Source: Felis catus | Lineage: Eukaryota | Length of the DNA stretch: 64,000 bases | Direction of reading: 5' to 3' | Assembly: GCF_018350175.1 (NCBI RefSeq) | Contig: NC_058368.1 | Location: forward strand, 79,176,001 to 79,240,000 | In this document: one piece after another, positions 24,771 to 37,144 of the stretch | How positions within the stretch are numbered: the stretch's first letter is position 1 | Layout of the letters: the number at the start of each line of letters is the position of its first letter | Notes under the pieces: generated by a model | Databases searched by the model: none | Seen by the model: the letters and a program-made list of their open reading frames with translations, nothing else | What the model was told of the DNA's origin: nothing | Program-made: the position numbers and the translations under genes

Positions 24771-25235
24771 TGGGTATCAGAAGACGCCACCCCAAAATGT
24801 GCCTCTCCGGCTTCTGGGGTACTTTACATTAAAGGCGGACACAAGAAAAGCGACTTACCTCCCGCCAGCTGCCGCAAAACAGAGAATAAATTTCCCCTTG
24901 TGTAAAAGGAAATTTCCACTGGTCAAGGTGTTTCCATACGAGGAAGGAAGTTGCTCTGGGAAACAAGTCTGATGGCCTGAGAGGCTCTCTGCTAGGTGGC
25001 AAAATAATCCTTATTTTCCCCGTCTTTTGTCCCTCACCTTCCCATGACTTGTGACCCTTCCCGGAAGCTCAGAGCCCCTCTCCCTTTGTGTGGCCTCACG
25101 TGTATACAGGCCTGGACCGTCTGGCTTCCTCTGTCTTTGCAAAACTCTCCTTGAATTGTTTTTTCTCTAGTGAATCTTTCCACCAGTTTGTTCCGTGGGC
25201 CCCAGCCACGGAACAGAGGATGTTCTTCCCTGACA
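24771..25235 (+). mobile_element. MER34-like ERV1 LTR
   Basis: Starts tgggtatcagaagacgccaccccaaaatgtgcctct and ends ttcttccctgaca (TG...CA). Resembles recalled MER34-group LTRs. No clear TSD. Confidence 0.7.
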
Positions 25236-27632
25236 CCGGTCAGGTCCCACGTGTAGCAAAAAGTGTCCTCTGTTTCGTAGACTTTATGTGGGATAAGCCT
25301 AATACTATAAGCCAAGAAAAGACGCAGGATGGTGGGTTCAGATTTCTTAACCCTCGTAGGACAAACGTGGTCTGAGTCAGGAAATACTCTAAGAATCCAA
25401 GCAGATGGAGTGCTTTGGACCCTGCGTTTCAAAGCACCTCCGATCTCTCTCTCTCTCTCTCTCTCTCACGCATGGAAATTATTTAAGAGCGCGTGGGTCC
25501 CTGGGTCACTCAAGACCCAGCACCCTGTGCTGGCATACATTTTCCATTACCTGAAACATTGTTCTCATGACCAAGGCCCTCAGACCCGAAGCAAAATATT
25601 TCCACAGCTCTTTCCCTAGTATCTTTAAAATGGCAACCTACTGTGTCCAAATGCAAAGAAGGTTTTGGGTTGAGCCAATGTGGTGTAAGAGACAGGCTCT
25701 GCCAGATGGGCAGAATAATTTTGGTGGCAAGAAAAAGGGCCAGTTACCATGCCACATGGCCCTCTCTTGGAGGCGGGGTGGGGTAGCCTGGGTGTGGCCA
25801 AGTTCTCCTTTCCAGGAGCGTAGGCCCTCTGTCCTCCGGCTCCCTTCCTGTCCATTTGTGGGTCTGAAGGCAGCTTGGCGCCCACAACAGCTGCAGAAGA
25901 ATATTTCTGCAATATTAAAAACTTAAAATCCCTGCCTGATCGTCACATTCCGCGTTCATATTTTAGTACTCCCCTAAGTATTGCCGCCCATGAAGAGCAC
26001 ACCCAGACATTCTCAGTATGAACCACCTCCTTTTTCATAGCTTGCTGACATTCCATCCTGACACCAAAAATCTGCGTGCGTTGTGTATGTTGTCATCACG
26101 CAAGTAACATCTGTGAGGGAAGCAGCAGGGATGGAACACTTTTCATTCGATGCCTTTTTGGTGCAGAACTTGCCGATATCGAGACATAGGAAACACGGGC
26201 CCATGGGTCTGTTCGCCCTGGATCAGCAAGGCCGACCTGTGAGGACAGTGATGTTCATCACTGGGGCTTCCCTACCTCTCTGCCTCCAGTGTTTGCTAGT
26301 AGAAACTCTCGACTCGCTTTTCCACGAAGACAACGGTTGACAATGACCTTAGTACCCCTCCAGATTATTTAATTTGTTATTGAGGGAGATCCTTAAAACT
26401 TCAACAGTCTTCAGAGCACCAAAAAGAGGTCATAAGTGATGACCGTCTGACCAAGTGCAACTGACATATATGGGAAGCTTGGCCCCTTCCTCATGGAGGG
26501 AAAAACTAGGAGTCGCTGATATTTACACGTTGGGAATGTGCTCACCGGCTCCCTGAAATTAGATCTGAAACCCCAGGGCCTGCATTTCTTCAAGGCAACC
26601 TTGGCAGGTAGTCTCTGTCAGACACGAAGGCTGCCATACCTCCAGGACCCCACTGCTCCCTTATCCCAGAGACCGAGGCAGTGGCCCTTCATGGCCTTTC
26701 TTCTTTGGTTGTTCTTCGAAGGCTGGGTTACTCACATCTGCTGCCTGACCGGGGCATCCAAGCTTGCACGCACAGACCAGACACAGAGCGAGCTGGCGGG
26801 AGAGTGGCCTCTGGGCAACCTGGCCTCTGTGCCTGGGGTCCTTCAGCTGGAATTCTATGATTTCTGCCTGATTCCTGGACAGTGACGATACACATGTGTA
26901 GACAACACGTGCATAGTTACTCAGACATGTGGACAGATCCCGGCAGAGTTCACGGGGCTGCAACAAAAGCATGCTAACAACTGAATTTATTTTCAAAACC
27001 TGAACTTACTTCCCGTCAAGACAGAGTCAACCCTAACAGCACAAATAAAATAACACAGGAACGGAATGTTCGCTCCGGAGTAAGACCTAGTTGATATGAT
27101 CTCAGCATCGAACCACACTGGGAAACACGCCCCTTGCTCTCGCCTATATCCAGGGTAGACTTTGGGTCTTTATTCATTTGCCAATTAACCTTAAAGTCAC
27201 CCTTGGATTCTATATTTCTAAAGCCTGGGTATCATTTATTTCTCTGGCTGGCAAAATACTTTGGCACTGTTGAGTGCATGCATCTGAGAGCTGGAGGAAG
27301 CAGAAATTCCGTTTATGTGCCTGCATCTGGGAGATGAATCAGAGCTTCTCTTCGACATGATTACCCTTATTAGTGGATGTGACTTTCAGCCTGGCCTCTG
27401 GGGTATTTATCACTAACGGGACGGCAAGGGAATTGCGAAGGAGAATAAAAGATCCTTATTCTAGTAATCCAAATGAAGAAGAAATAATACAGAGTACTTT
27501 ACTGACATTTTGATGACAACTGGGGAAGAAATTCGAGCTAAAGCTGCCACACGAGATTATTGGATGTGACTTTCCAAAGCACGTGAGCAGCTCTGTGGTA
27601 ATTAAATGGTGAAAATTTACTACTTGCTGATA

Positions 27633-27860
27633 GTGGGAGTCCGCAAACTTGGGTCTGTGGGTCAAATCTGGCCACTGCCTGTTTCTGCAAGTAACGTGTT
27701 GTGGCACTGCCACCTTCCCCACTCACTGACCTGCTGTGCGTGCCAGCCGGGCACACACAGTACAGCTGCCCATTCGCGACGGAGACCTTACCAGGTGCCA
27801 AGTCCACAGGCAGCATTTGGTGTCTGGCCCCTTCACAGAAAAGTTTTGCCCACCCACGTT
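27633..27860 (+). mobile_element. MER58A hAT-Charlie MITE
   Basis: gcaaact...gggtcaaatctggccactgcctgtttctgcaagtaa ... tctggccccttcacagaaaagttttgcccaccc. Confidence 0.85.
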
Positions 27861-28069
27861 CTCTGAGACTTCAGTTCCAAATGGTTTGGAATAATCGATT
27901 GCCGGGCAGCATAGCTGTGGTCAGGAAGGTGTGCATGCGTCGGAGGTAGACGGACCTGGATATAAAAGCTGACTCATGGATTCATTCAACGAACATCAAT
28001 GCGGTGTCCACTCGGTCCGGTTCTACTCCAGGTATGAGATGACGGTGTGGGCAAGGCTGGACTTCCTCT

Positions 28070-28265
28070 CTACCGTCTAGTGGGCCCATCAATCCAAGGT
28101 GGAAATTAGAAGAAGGTTTTCTGAGGGTCAGTTTATCCTTAGCAGTAAGAGAGGGCTGTGAGTGCATAGTTTGTAGAGTTCCTATGAGGATCTCAAGAAA
28201 GAACATAGTGACTTGCTTAGTCCAGCGTCTGGCACAGGAAGATAGCTCAATAAGTGGGAATTATT
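28070..28265 (+). mobile_element. MIR fragment
   Basis: 3' end cttagtccagcgtctggcacaggaagatagctcaataagtg. Confidence 0.55.
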
Positions 28266-28339
28266 ATGAACTTACCCCCAGGAAACGGATGGATGGAAGG
28301 TGATTCGCCGTAACTCAGGGTCCACTCACGCAACAATTT

Positions 28340-28560
28340 CATTTGCAGTGTTGTGTAGATGAATCTTGGGAAGTGAGGTGGGTGAGAAGGGCTGGGGCCA
28401 GCCCGAGGAGGCCTTGACAGTCCGGCCAGGACATTTGGACGACACAGAGGAGGGCCCAGTGCAGAAGGTGAGGAAAACTATGAAGGCGATCTGATGATAA
28501 TCGGATCCAGGGTTTAGAGAGATCGTTCTAGCACATGTTTGCGTGATGGGTTTGATCTGA
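28340..28560 (-). mobile_element. L2 fragment
   Basis: Purine-rich antisense L2-like text (gaggccttgacagtccggccaggacatttggac...gtttagagagatcgttctagc). Confidence 0.5.
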
Positions 28561-28625
28561 TGATCCTGATGTTATAAAAGGCAAATAAGCTGCCTGTGAA
28601 AAGGTGATCGCGGAACAGTCTAGGT

Positions 28626-28833
28626 CTGAGCTGTCGGCGGTGTAGCAGCCGCTAGCCACTGGAGGACGTTTAAATTTCAATAAATTAAAATTAAATTGAA
28701 TTAAAACGGTTTGTCGGCCACACTCGCCACATTTCGAGCACTCAACGTCCACACGTGGCTAGCTGTCCTCGCACTGGACAGCACAGACACGGGACACTTC
28801 CCTGATCACAGGAAGTGCCCCATGCAGCGTGCC
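28626..28833 (-). mobile_element. MER3/MER33 hAT-Charlie MITE
   Basis: gccgctagccac...aaattaaaattaaattgaatt...cactcgccacatttcgagcactcaacgtccacacgtggctag...ggacagcacag. Confidence 0.85.
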
Positions 28834-29187
28834 GATGGCACTTTGCAAAACGTGCAATTTAATAACATTCTGTACTCAGGGTCAAAGCGTCTTGCTCAAT
28901 GGTTCTAAAAATTTGTGACAATTTCTCAGTAGGAAACGAGGGAAGCCGTGGGGTGTTTTGGGGTGTTTTGCCCGACCTTGTGGCTCTGACTGGGGGTAAG
29001 TGCTAGGCCCAGGACCATGCTGCTGCTGTAGGCATTAGCTGGGACCTGTACAGGCAGCTCTGTGAGCCAGGCATCGTGGAGGACGGTGGGGTCGGGGCAA
29101 CAGTGGAGGAGACTCCCAGCCTTGGATTGCCCACAGCCGAGTGCTGAACGGCTTCGTGCAATTGACATGGCAATAAAGACACACGTT

Positions 29188-29398
29188 AGGGGGCGCCTGG
29201 CTCAGTCGGTTGAGCGTCCGACTTCGGCTCAGCTTATGATCTCACAGTCAGTGAGTTCGAGCCCCACGTCGGGCTCTGTGCTGACAGCTCAGAGCCTGGA
29301 GCCTGCTTCGGATTCTGTGTCTCCCTCTCTCTCTGTTGCTCCCCTGCTTGCTCTCTCTCTCTCTCTCAAAAATAAAGATTAAAAAAAATTTAAAAAGA
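29188..29398 (+). mobile_element. Can-SINE
   Basis: Full body. TSD aaagacacacgtt (29175-29187) and aaagacatgcatt (29399-29411). Confidence 0.96.
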
Positions 29399-29981
29399 AA
29401 AGACATGCATTTGTCACCTACGGCAGAGAGATATGCCGTTTGAGTTTCTGTGGGACCACACTGGCCCCTGGGCTCACAGCCGGGAGCAGAACAGAAGCAG
29501 TCAGAGAGCCATTAGTCACTGAAGCAGACACAGGTGACAGGAGAAGCTGGTGGAGAGGGCCACAGGGCGGGTAGTGGGGAGGCTCCTTCTGGATGGCAGT
29601 CTCTCAAAAACTTGCAAAATTAGCTGGAAATGCTTTGAAGTGAGCTCATGTCTACCTAGTGGGTGCATTACTTGCACGCTACAAACGCTTGGGTGTAAAA
29701 GTACACGCACCCTCATTTGACAGCCGAAGCCGGGTGAGGTCTGGCAAACGTAACTTGTCAGTTATTGCTTTCCACCAAAAATTGTCTGTTTGAAGGCCTT
29801 TTTACATTATTAAAGTTAGCGATTCATAATTCTCTTTAGAATACAAGTTGCTTATTTGGAATGGATGATTGGTGGCAGAACAGCCTAAACGACTCAGCGG
29901 TCATTAGTAGCTCTGTCTCTGTCTGTCTGCCTGGCTCTGTCTGTCTCTGTCTGTCTCTCCTTCCTTCATTTTATTTCTCTC

Positions 29982-30196
29982 TTTTTTAACTTTTTTAAAT
30001 ATTTATTTATTTTTGAGAGAGAGACAGAGTGCAAGCAGGGAAGGGGCAGAGAGAGAGGGAGACACAGAATCCGAAGCAGGCTCCAGGCTCTGAGCTGTCA
30101 GCACAGAGCCCTACCCGGGGCTTGAACTCACGACCCACGAGATCACGACCTGAGCCAAAGTTGGATGCTCAACTGACTGAGCCACCCAGTTGCCCC
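29982..30196 (-). mobile_element. Can-SINE
   Basis: Antisense body ending gactgagccacccagttgcccc. Confidence 0.96.
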
Positions 30197-30678
30197 CCCG
30201 CCCCGCTTTGATTTTTTATATCTTGAATTAATTAAAGAGCCTCGGTTATTCCACCCAGTCCTTCTTCATCATTTCTCTGATGGACAATCCCAGGTTTGAA
30301 AAAGTTTTAATTTCATGGGCCTTTCTGAACAAACCACAGGGCTTCGTGTTTGGCAGAATGAAGGCTGTCCTCTCCCTGGGTGTGCAGGAAAGTGCGGATG
30401 CCTGACGTAGTAGTTTCTCAAGGTCCGCCAGATGACTGTGCCATGGGGTCTGAGATTCACCGTGAGCAGCGTGGGGGTGTGCTGAAGGGCTGGGAGCGGA
30501 TCAGGTGGCCTCTCAGATGCACTTTTGACAGTTTATTCTCATGTGAGTGTGGAAGAAAGAGAAGCAGGTAGATCCCAGTGACCTGCCTGCACTGGGCGTT
30601 GCCTTAGTAGAAGAAAGTACATGTGTCCACCGGAAGAGAAGAGCTTCTCGAAATCCAAACAAGACGCAAGTGGACCGA

Positions 30679-30905
30679 GGAAACCAGGCTGGGGATCCCA
30701 GCACAGCTGGGCCCTGGGACTGGAGAGCTCGTCTTGAGCGGCCCCTCCCTGCGTGATGGGGCGGATGGTGTGTGGCCCCCGGGGGTCACCTCGGCAGCCA
30801 TCCAGGGTCCGACTGGGGAGTCATGAAAGGTATGTTTGTGATCTGAGTCTCATATTTGAAGATGACGGTACCATCAGGTGGAAATAACCACCTGTGCCAT
30901 CATCT
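30679..30905 (+). repeat. Dispersed direct repeat, copy A (partner at 39615-39849)
   Basis: 69/80 identity to copy B over the first 80 bp by hand alignment. Weaker similarity continues to gtttgtgat and gaaataacca. Confidence 0.85.
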
Positions 30906-31639
30906 TGCGACCATCTGGGGCCGAAAGCAGTGATCCCGACCAGACACGATCTTGTACAGACTTGACCCAGAATTGTCCTACAACCGACAGGAAGTCAGCT
31001 GACCACTGGCATTTCACACACAGCCATTTTGAACCAGGTGTGCTCTGAGCCCCCGGGTCCCCAGGCCTCAGGAAGAGATGTGCCCAGAGACCCTGGTCCT
31101 CCTGAGAGCCCCAGGCCCCATGCCTGCGCAGGTGGATTTTCCGTGCACATTTGCTTTGGCTGGGATCTAAGGACAATGCTCATGTTGGGTTTGTCATGGG
31201 GAATGGACGGTGGGTCAGAGTCTCTGGGAGGGAGATTTAGAAAGACATCTGCACATCTGACAACTGTATTTCTACATTATCACTTCTCTATTTACAGAAT
31301 AATGGAAACCCTGTATGTTCTTTAGGAAGAGTCCCCTTGGTCTAATAAAGACCCACAGAAACCTGAATGATCTCCTTTACCTTACGCTCTTTCCTTCCAT
31401 CAACATTCTTTCCAAAACTACACACATACCCAAATGTACAATTTATTACTTTGTTACAGACCACTAAAGTTTGATGGTATATTGAACTGTCTCTGAGTCA
31501 TAAGATTTTTTAAATGTTTTTTTTTCAGCGAAGATAAAAGCAAGGTTAGAGGCACCAGTGTGATTCATATTTATGAAATGTGATTTTTTGTAATAAAGTT
31601 TTGAAAATATCTTGAATATATATCCTTTTCCTTTTGGTC

Positions 31640-32050
31640 TAGTTAGGTGGAAAAAATTACTGTCCTTAGCATCTTAATTAAAATAGCATTATTGTGTTAG
31701 CAAAAAGAAAAAATGATTTGACATACTCATGTGGTAATTACATTAAAAAAAGATTACTCTCCATTAGTCTTGCTGATTGCACTAAAGCCATCTGTGCTTG
31801 TAAAAATAATAATAAACAATGAATTTCATATGCCATATGTACTTTGCTGTTTAATAGTAATTAAGCAATAATCCCAGAGCAATCACTTGTTAACTGTGAT
31901 AATTGCTCAAAGGTAATTATTTTGTAATAAATGATAATCAATTATTTATCATATTAACAACAGTTTGCTTATTTATTTATTTATTTATTTATTTTTTACC
32001 GTTAGAAATTGCCATAGCGTATTTTAGCAGTTGTGCTGGAAAATTACTAA
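31640..32050. promoter_or_regulatory. Candidate deeply conserved non-coding element
   Basis: AT-rich and non-repetitive. Four TAATTA, tandem CATATG E-boxes, overlapping FOX/SOX taaacaat, and imperfect palindromes. Confidence 0.5.
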
Positions 32051-32678
32051 TTCTGTTGTGTTAAGAATAGATTTTCCACCTGTCAAAATTCTAGTTATGG
32101 TCTATGAGATTTGTAAAATGTGTTTATAGTATTTTAAAAAAATGCAACAGCTATAAATATCGCATCTACCTTATTATTGATAAATAAATGGCTTTAGTAA
32201 CACTTCTACAACAATGTAATCTAGGAAGTAATCAATATTAGAAAGCACAACATGAATGTGAAAATAACAGAACGTTTGTCCTCAGTAAAGACAGGTGGAC
32301 AGAAAACAGAGTTTGATTTGAGGGGAAAAAACATAAAATATAACCACTTATTCACAATTGCAAAGTTTTCCAAGTGTATCACCCCTGGTTTTAGCCCGAC
32401 ACAGCCTACTGTCATTTCAAGAAATAACACATAATGTTTAAGTGAGGATTTCTCGTAACGGAGAGGTGACTAAATTATACATATTTAGGCAATAAAACAA
32501 TTTAGAATATTTATGCAGGTGTTCCGTCTTCTTTTTAGTGCAGCAAGGAAGAATGCATCGGACTGAAACCATTCTTTCGGAATTTCACATCCAAAGAATA
32601 AAATCCGGGGTTCTGTCTGTCCCCTGGATTCCTCATATGACAACGAAATACACAGGACACTCCCACCTGCCTCAGGAT

Positions 32679-32875
32679 CAGTGGTTCTCCCGCTCTGGGG
32701 GGGACACTGGACGTGCCCTGGAGATGTCCTGGTCGTCACGGCTGGAGCTCGCGTGCTGTTGGGCCCCGTGGGTAGAAGCAGGGACGCCGTAGGCACGCTT
32801 CACGGCACAGGGCAGCACACGGCAGACAACGGCCCGGCCCGAGGTGTCGGTGGTGCTGAGGTTGGGAAATCCCAG
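32679..32875 (+). mobile_element. MER20 hAT-Charlie MITE
   Basis: Starts cagtggttctc, contains gtgggtagaagcagggacgc, ends gtgctgaggttgggaaatcccag. Confidence 0.85.
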
Positions 32876-33739
32876 CCCAGGTGACTGTTTTGCAGTCAAA
32901 TAATTTATGAAGGAGGTCAAGCATTAGGGCTTTAAAAGTTTCAAGTCGGAATTAAAAGACCAAACTACCAGGAACTTTGTTCCTCTCCGTTTCTAGCAGA
33001 GCAAACAGGAGCTGTCACAGACACAAAAACCTCTCTCTCCAGATCTGGTCCTAACTTGCAAACATCGAATCCCACTCTGGCTATTTTCAGCCCCAAAGAA
33101 AGACGATTACAGAAAATTGGGTAGCTCGAAAAACTGTTGTGAGGACAGCGCTGGGCTTCCTAGAACTGCAGGGATGCAAGTCTCAGGAACCACTGGTACG
33201 GCGCCAGGGTAGCTGGGGACCAGGGACACGGCCTCTGTCATTCCCGGGAGGGAGGAGCGCTGTGTGGGGGACTTTGCTCCCTTGGCAGGCTTCGCGGGCA
33301 GGGTCTCCAACAGGCGCATCTTATGGAAGACGAGGCACACAGAGGCACTGCTGTGTCCAGGGGGCTTCAGAAGAGCCACGTGTCCTTTCAGAAGACCGGA
33401 CTCTTGTACGGGAACCCAGCAAGATGTCTGGGGCTGCGCAGAATGGACCGTGGTCGCAAATGACACCTGTGCTTCGTGCCTGATCTCGGGACCAGAGCTG
33501 CTGTTTGTTCTTGGAGATAATAGGCCAGAATCACCGAAGCCCAGGATCCGAGGGCTGGAGGACACATGAGGTGTTATCTACTTTGACTACACTCCTTGTT
33601 GCCCCCCCCCCAAAAATATCTGGACAAATCTCTTGTCATCCAAATTCTTGTTACTTGCTATCTGGAATTCAGGCAGCGAATAGATTCAGATAACGCATTA
33701 TCTCTCAGTGTTAAAACTCAACACCCCAACTCGGGAATC

Positions 33740-35000
33740 AAATAGAACCAAGCAGTGAAGGCAAGTTTTATACAATTTGTCAGAAGGGGATATAGGCCGG
33801 GGAGAAAAGTGACCCAGGGAGAGTGGCAGTGACAGCCTGGAGGGGGAAGGGATTGCAACATGAGCTAGTGTAGAGAGCCTCGCTGGAAAGGTGATACTCA
33901 GGAGAAGTTCCAAGCAGACAGGGACTAGGGCAAGAGCTTCAGGAGGGAGCCTCCAGCTGGTTTGAGAACTTGTGAGGAGGCTGGTGAGGTGTCATATGCT
34001 CCAGGGAGACACCTAAAGTCAGAGAAAGGCAGGGGCCGGACTACACAAGGCTTTGACAACCGTTGTGGGGACTTTGGTTTCAGGGAGAACTAGAGAGTAC
34101 CAAAGGACTCTGGGAAGAGGAGCGGCCAGTGCACTGACCAACCGGTGGAGGCGGACAATGGTATGGGGGTAAGAAAGGTAGTGGGGAGCCCCGGCAGGGG
34201 ACGGTGGCTGGGATGATCCTCCTGTGATGGGCCAGGGAGCTCCCAGGGGAGACGACGGGGTCAGATGCTGGATATATTTTGAAGGTAGAGTCAGATTGAC
34301 TTCCTAATGCATTAGGTGTGGGATGTACAAAAAAGGAGGGGTCAAAGGTGAGAAAGTAGAAGGAAGGAGGTCTGAGATGGGAGAGGCCAGAGGACGGGCG
34401 TGTGCACGCATGTGTGTGTGCGCTGGAAGGCAGAGGCCCTGTGTGGGGTGTGTTGGAGCCAGTGTCCTCTTAGGAGTCCAAATGGAAACCCTGAGTAGAG
34501 TGTGACCGGGGCTCTGGGAGAGCCACGGAGGTAATGTCTGTAAAGAAGAGAAGGGGACCACGAACGGGGTCCTGAACAACACTCCGTGTGCGGAAGGTGG
34601 AGCTGGCGTGATGTGGGATACCCAGCAAAGGACACTGAGAAGTAGGAGAAAACCCGGAATGTCTTTTCCACAAGCATGGAGTAAAGAGGGGTGTCGGGGG
34701 CTGCTGGAAACCGGGCCCCGTGGCTCCTTGTGGGCAGCAGCGGTGAAGCCACCTGCCCCCACCGGGAGCATTTTCAGGGGGTGGTGGGTGAGAGCCCCAT
34801 GGAAGAGGGGTCATGGGGGAACAAAGGGGCCACGAAAGATGACAACACAGAACATGCAGGAGGAGGACAGACTGGAGAAGTTGTGGCCAGGATACGCGGC
34901 AAGGGAAAGGCGCGTCTGGATGGTGGTGAGGCTGGTCCCCTGGAAAACAAGAAAGGATGATGCGGAGAAACAAATGTGTGATGAGTTATGGGAAGGTCTG
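33740..35000 (-). mobile_element. L2 LINE fragment(s)
   Basis: Antisense L2 hallmark ggtcagatgctggatatattttgaaggtagag (~34260-34290) within a long purine-rich stretch. Confidence 0.75.
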
Positions 35001-36180
35001 AGGAAATAGGCCGACATCTGCTTTTAATGAGCTACTTCCGGCCTTTGGAGAAGGCTTTGGGCGTCTTGAACAGTCCCAGAGTCCCCACCCCATGATACAA
35101 GCATCTTTCCAGCCCTGGCCCTGACCTTCTGTACTGAGCCTGACCTCTGACGTGGGGGCTCTGGTTTATTTTCTGGATTCTCGAATTGCATTTCTGCTTA
35201 CACCTACTGCCAGGAATGGGACCAAACCACTCACTGCACTCATTCAGGGTTGTTTTAAAATTATTCATAAAACGTCTTTACCCAACACCCGCTCTCATGG
35301 CTTCTACTCACATGATTTCTCTAGCCCCTTCCCTCTCTTTGGACCATCCACAGCCCATTGTCCTGAAGAACTTACTGGAAGCTCTATAGCGTAGGGTGCA
35401 GAAAAGTGGGCTGCAGGTGTTGGGAAGTTCTATCGGGAGAATGTGGCATATGATTTATGGAGACATGTGCAGATCATTGCTGCTATCTGAGCTTGCAGAT
35501 GGCTGAGTTGTTTAACCCTTTGATTTTCTGAATATACCTGACTTTCCAGACAAATTCAGACACAGTTTCATCCCCTCTCTGTCACGCTCAGGCCACTATG
35601 ACCCTACACTCAATAGGAGCGCAAGAACCTTTCCTTTCTGGGGATCCAATACTTGGATACGTAGCCAACCTAAGGAGGAGCTGACTCTGGTCTCTCCAGG
35701 GCATGGGTCGGGGTAGCACTGGTTGAAATCGTGTGGCAGGAGGGAGGCTAGAAATGCCCTTAATGAGACTTCTTTGTCCTTAGCCAGGTCTACAGGGTCC
35801 CATGGCAAGGGTCTGAGGCATGGCTCAAGCTGCCAGGGATACCTTCCTCCGGCTAGGCGTTTGCAGAGTGTAATCGAGTTCTAGGCGTCCTGGAGGCTAA
35901 CTCAGTCTCATCTGATATTCCTGAGGACCGATGAAGATAGCCAAATATTAGAAGCTGGAACCCACGGGACGTCATGGGTATGGGAAAAATGGAGGGAACC
36001 ATGGAGATAGAGTCTGTGAAGAAAATGAGATAAGCTTGGAAGACAAAAACTGTCTAGGAACTTGGTATAGAACAAAAGACTTGTTGAAAGGAGGCAAGGG
36101 TATGTTAGGAAAATTGGAGGAAATCCAGGTCAAATGTGCTTTATTCACTCATTCGTGGCTAAGAAAGCCAGAGTAATAAC

Positions 36181-36381
36181 CAGTGCTAATACATGTTTAA
36201 CAAACGGTTCTCCAGGAAAGTCAAAAGTCCTGATTTGTAGTAGCTGCTAATTTCTTCGGTGGAACTACTCCAACCATGACTGGCCTCAAGCTATCAAAAT
36301 GACTTCCTTGAATGAAAAACTGAAATAATAAGGGAGGGCAGCTCTTGTAATCTGGTGAAAGCCAGCTCCAGCACAGCCCTG
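36181..36381 (+). mobile_element. MER63A-like hAT MITE
   Basis: atgtttaacaaacggttctcc...cctgatttgtag...gccagctccagcacagccctg. Confidence 0.8.
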
Positions 36382-36404
36382 GAGCAAGGAATACTTATTA
36401 TGAA

Positions 36405-36850
36405 TGTGTGTCTTTGGTCAAGTTCTTGCAGAATCAACGCTGAGTCAAGGATTTGGACGCATGTGGTTTATTGAGGGTGTGCTCCCATGAGAGCGGGACA
36501 GAGTTGGACAAGATAGCAAGCAGGATTTCGACTGTAGAAAGTCCCGCAATGGGTTATTCAGTCTGGTCCCAAGAGGGACTGTGGAGCACGAAACACGGCT
36601 CTCAGACAACAGCACTCTGTGGATGTCACCTATTTTGTCTTCGTGGTGGCGATCTGTGCACTTGCTATCTCTCCTAGTTGAAGATACAGAGGGAAGAGTG
36701 ACTCTCTTCACTAGCAGTTTGGAAGATGGAAAGAGCAGAGACTTTACTCCAAAGATTAACCCAGTGAAGGGCTTTGAAGGGTCCATAGGAGTTTGCCTGA
36801 AAGACAAAACTTTGATAGAGGGAATTTGACAGAGAGCATAGCTTGCTGGA
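36405..36850 (-). mobile_element. LTR16/LTR33-like ERV-L LTR, decayed
   Basis: gcagaatcaacgctgagtcaaggatttggacgcatgtggtttattgagg includes an antisense polyA signal typical of this group. Right boundary uncertain. Confidence 0.5.
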
Positions 36851-36851
36851 A

Positions 36852-37007
36852 GCAATGCGTTCCAACCTTCGTTGCACCTTAGAATCAGCCAGAAGCCCTA
36901 AAAATGCAGGTCCCCACCACCCAAATCTGGGATTTGAGTATTTCAAACAGTGGTAATTTTTCAAGCTCCTTGGTGATTTATCTGTGTGGTCAAGGTTAAG
37001 GATCAGT
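36852..37007 (+). mobile_element. MER5B-like MITE
   Basis: caaccttcgttgcaccttagaatca...aagctccttggtgatt...caaggttaaggatca. Confidence 0.7.
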
Positions 37008-37032
37008 ACAAACTTTGAATCAACCTGCTAGG

Positions 37033-37144
37033 TGTTTTTTGTTTTGTTTTTGTTTTTGTTTTTGTTTTTTGAGTGCTTACATAGTTTGGTGTTGTTGGAG
37101 CATATAGTGGTGGTGGTGGTGGTGTGTGTGTGTGTGTGTGTGTG
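37033..37144. repeat. Compound microsatellite (TTTTTG)n, (TGG)n, (TG)n
   Basis: Direct read. Confidence 0.9.
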
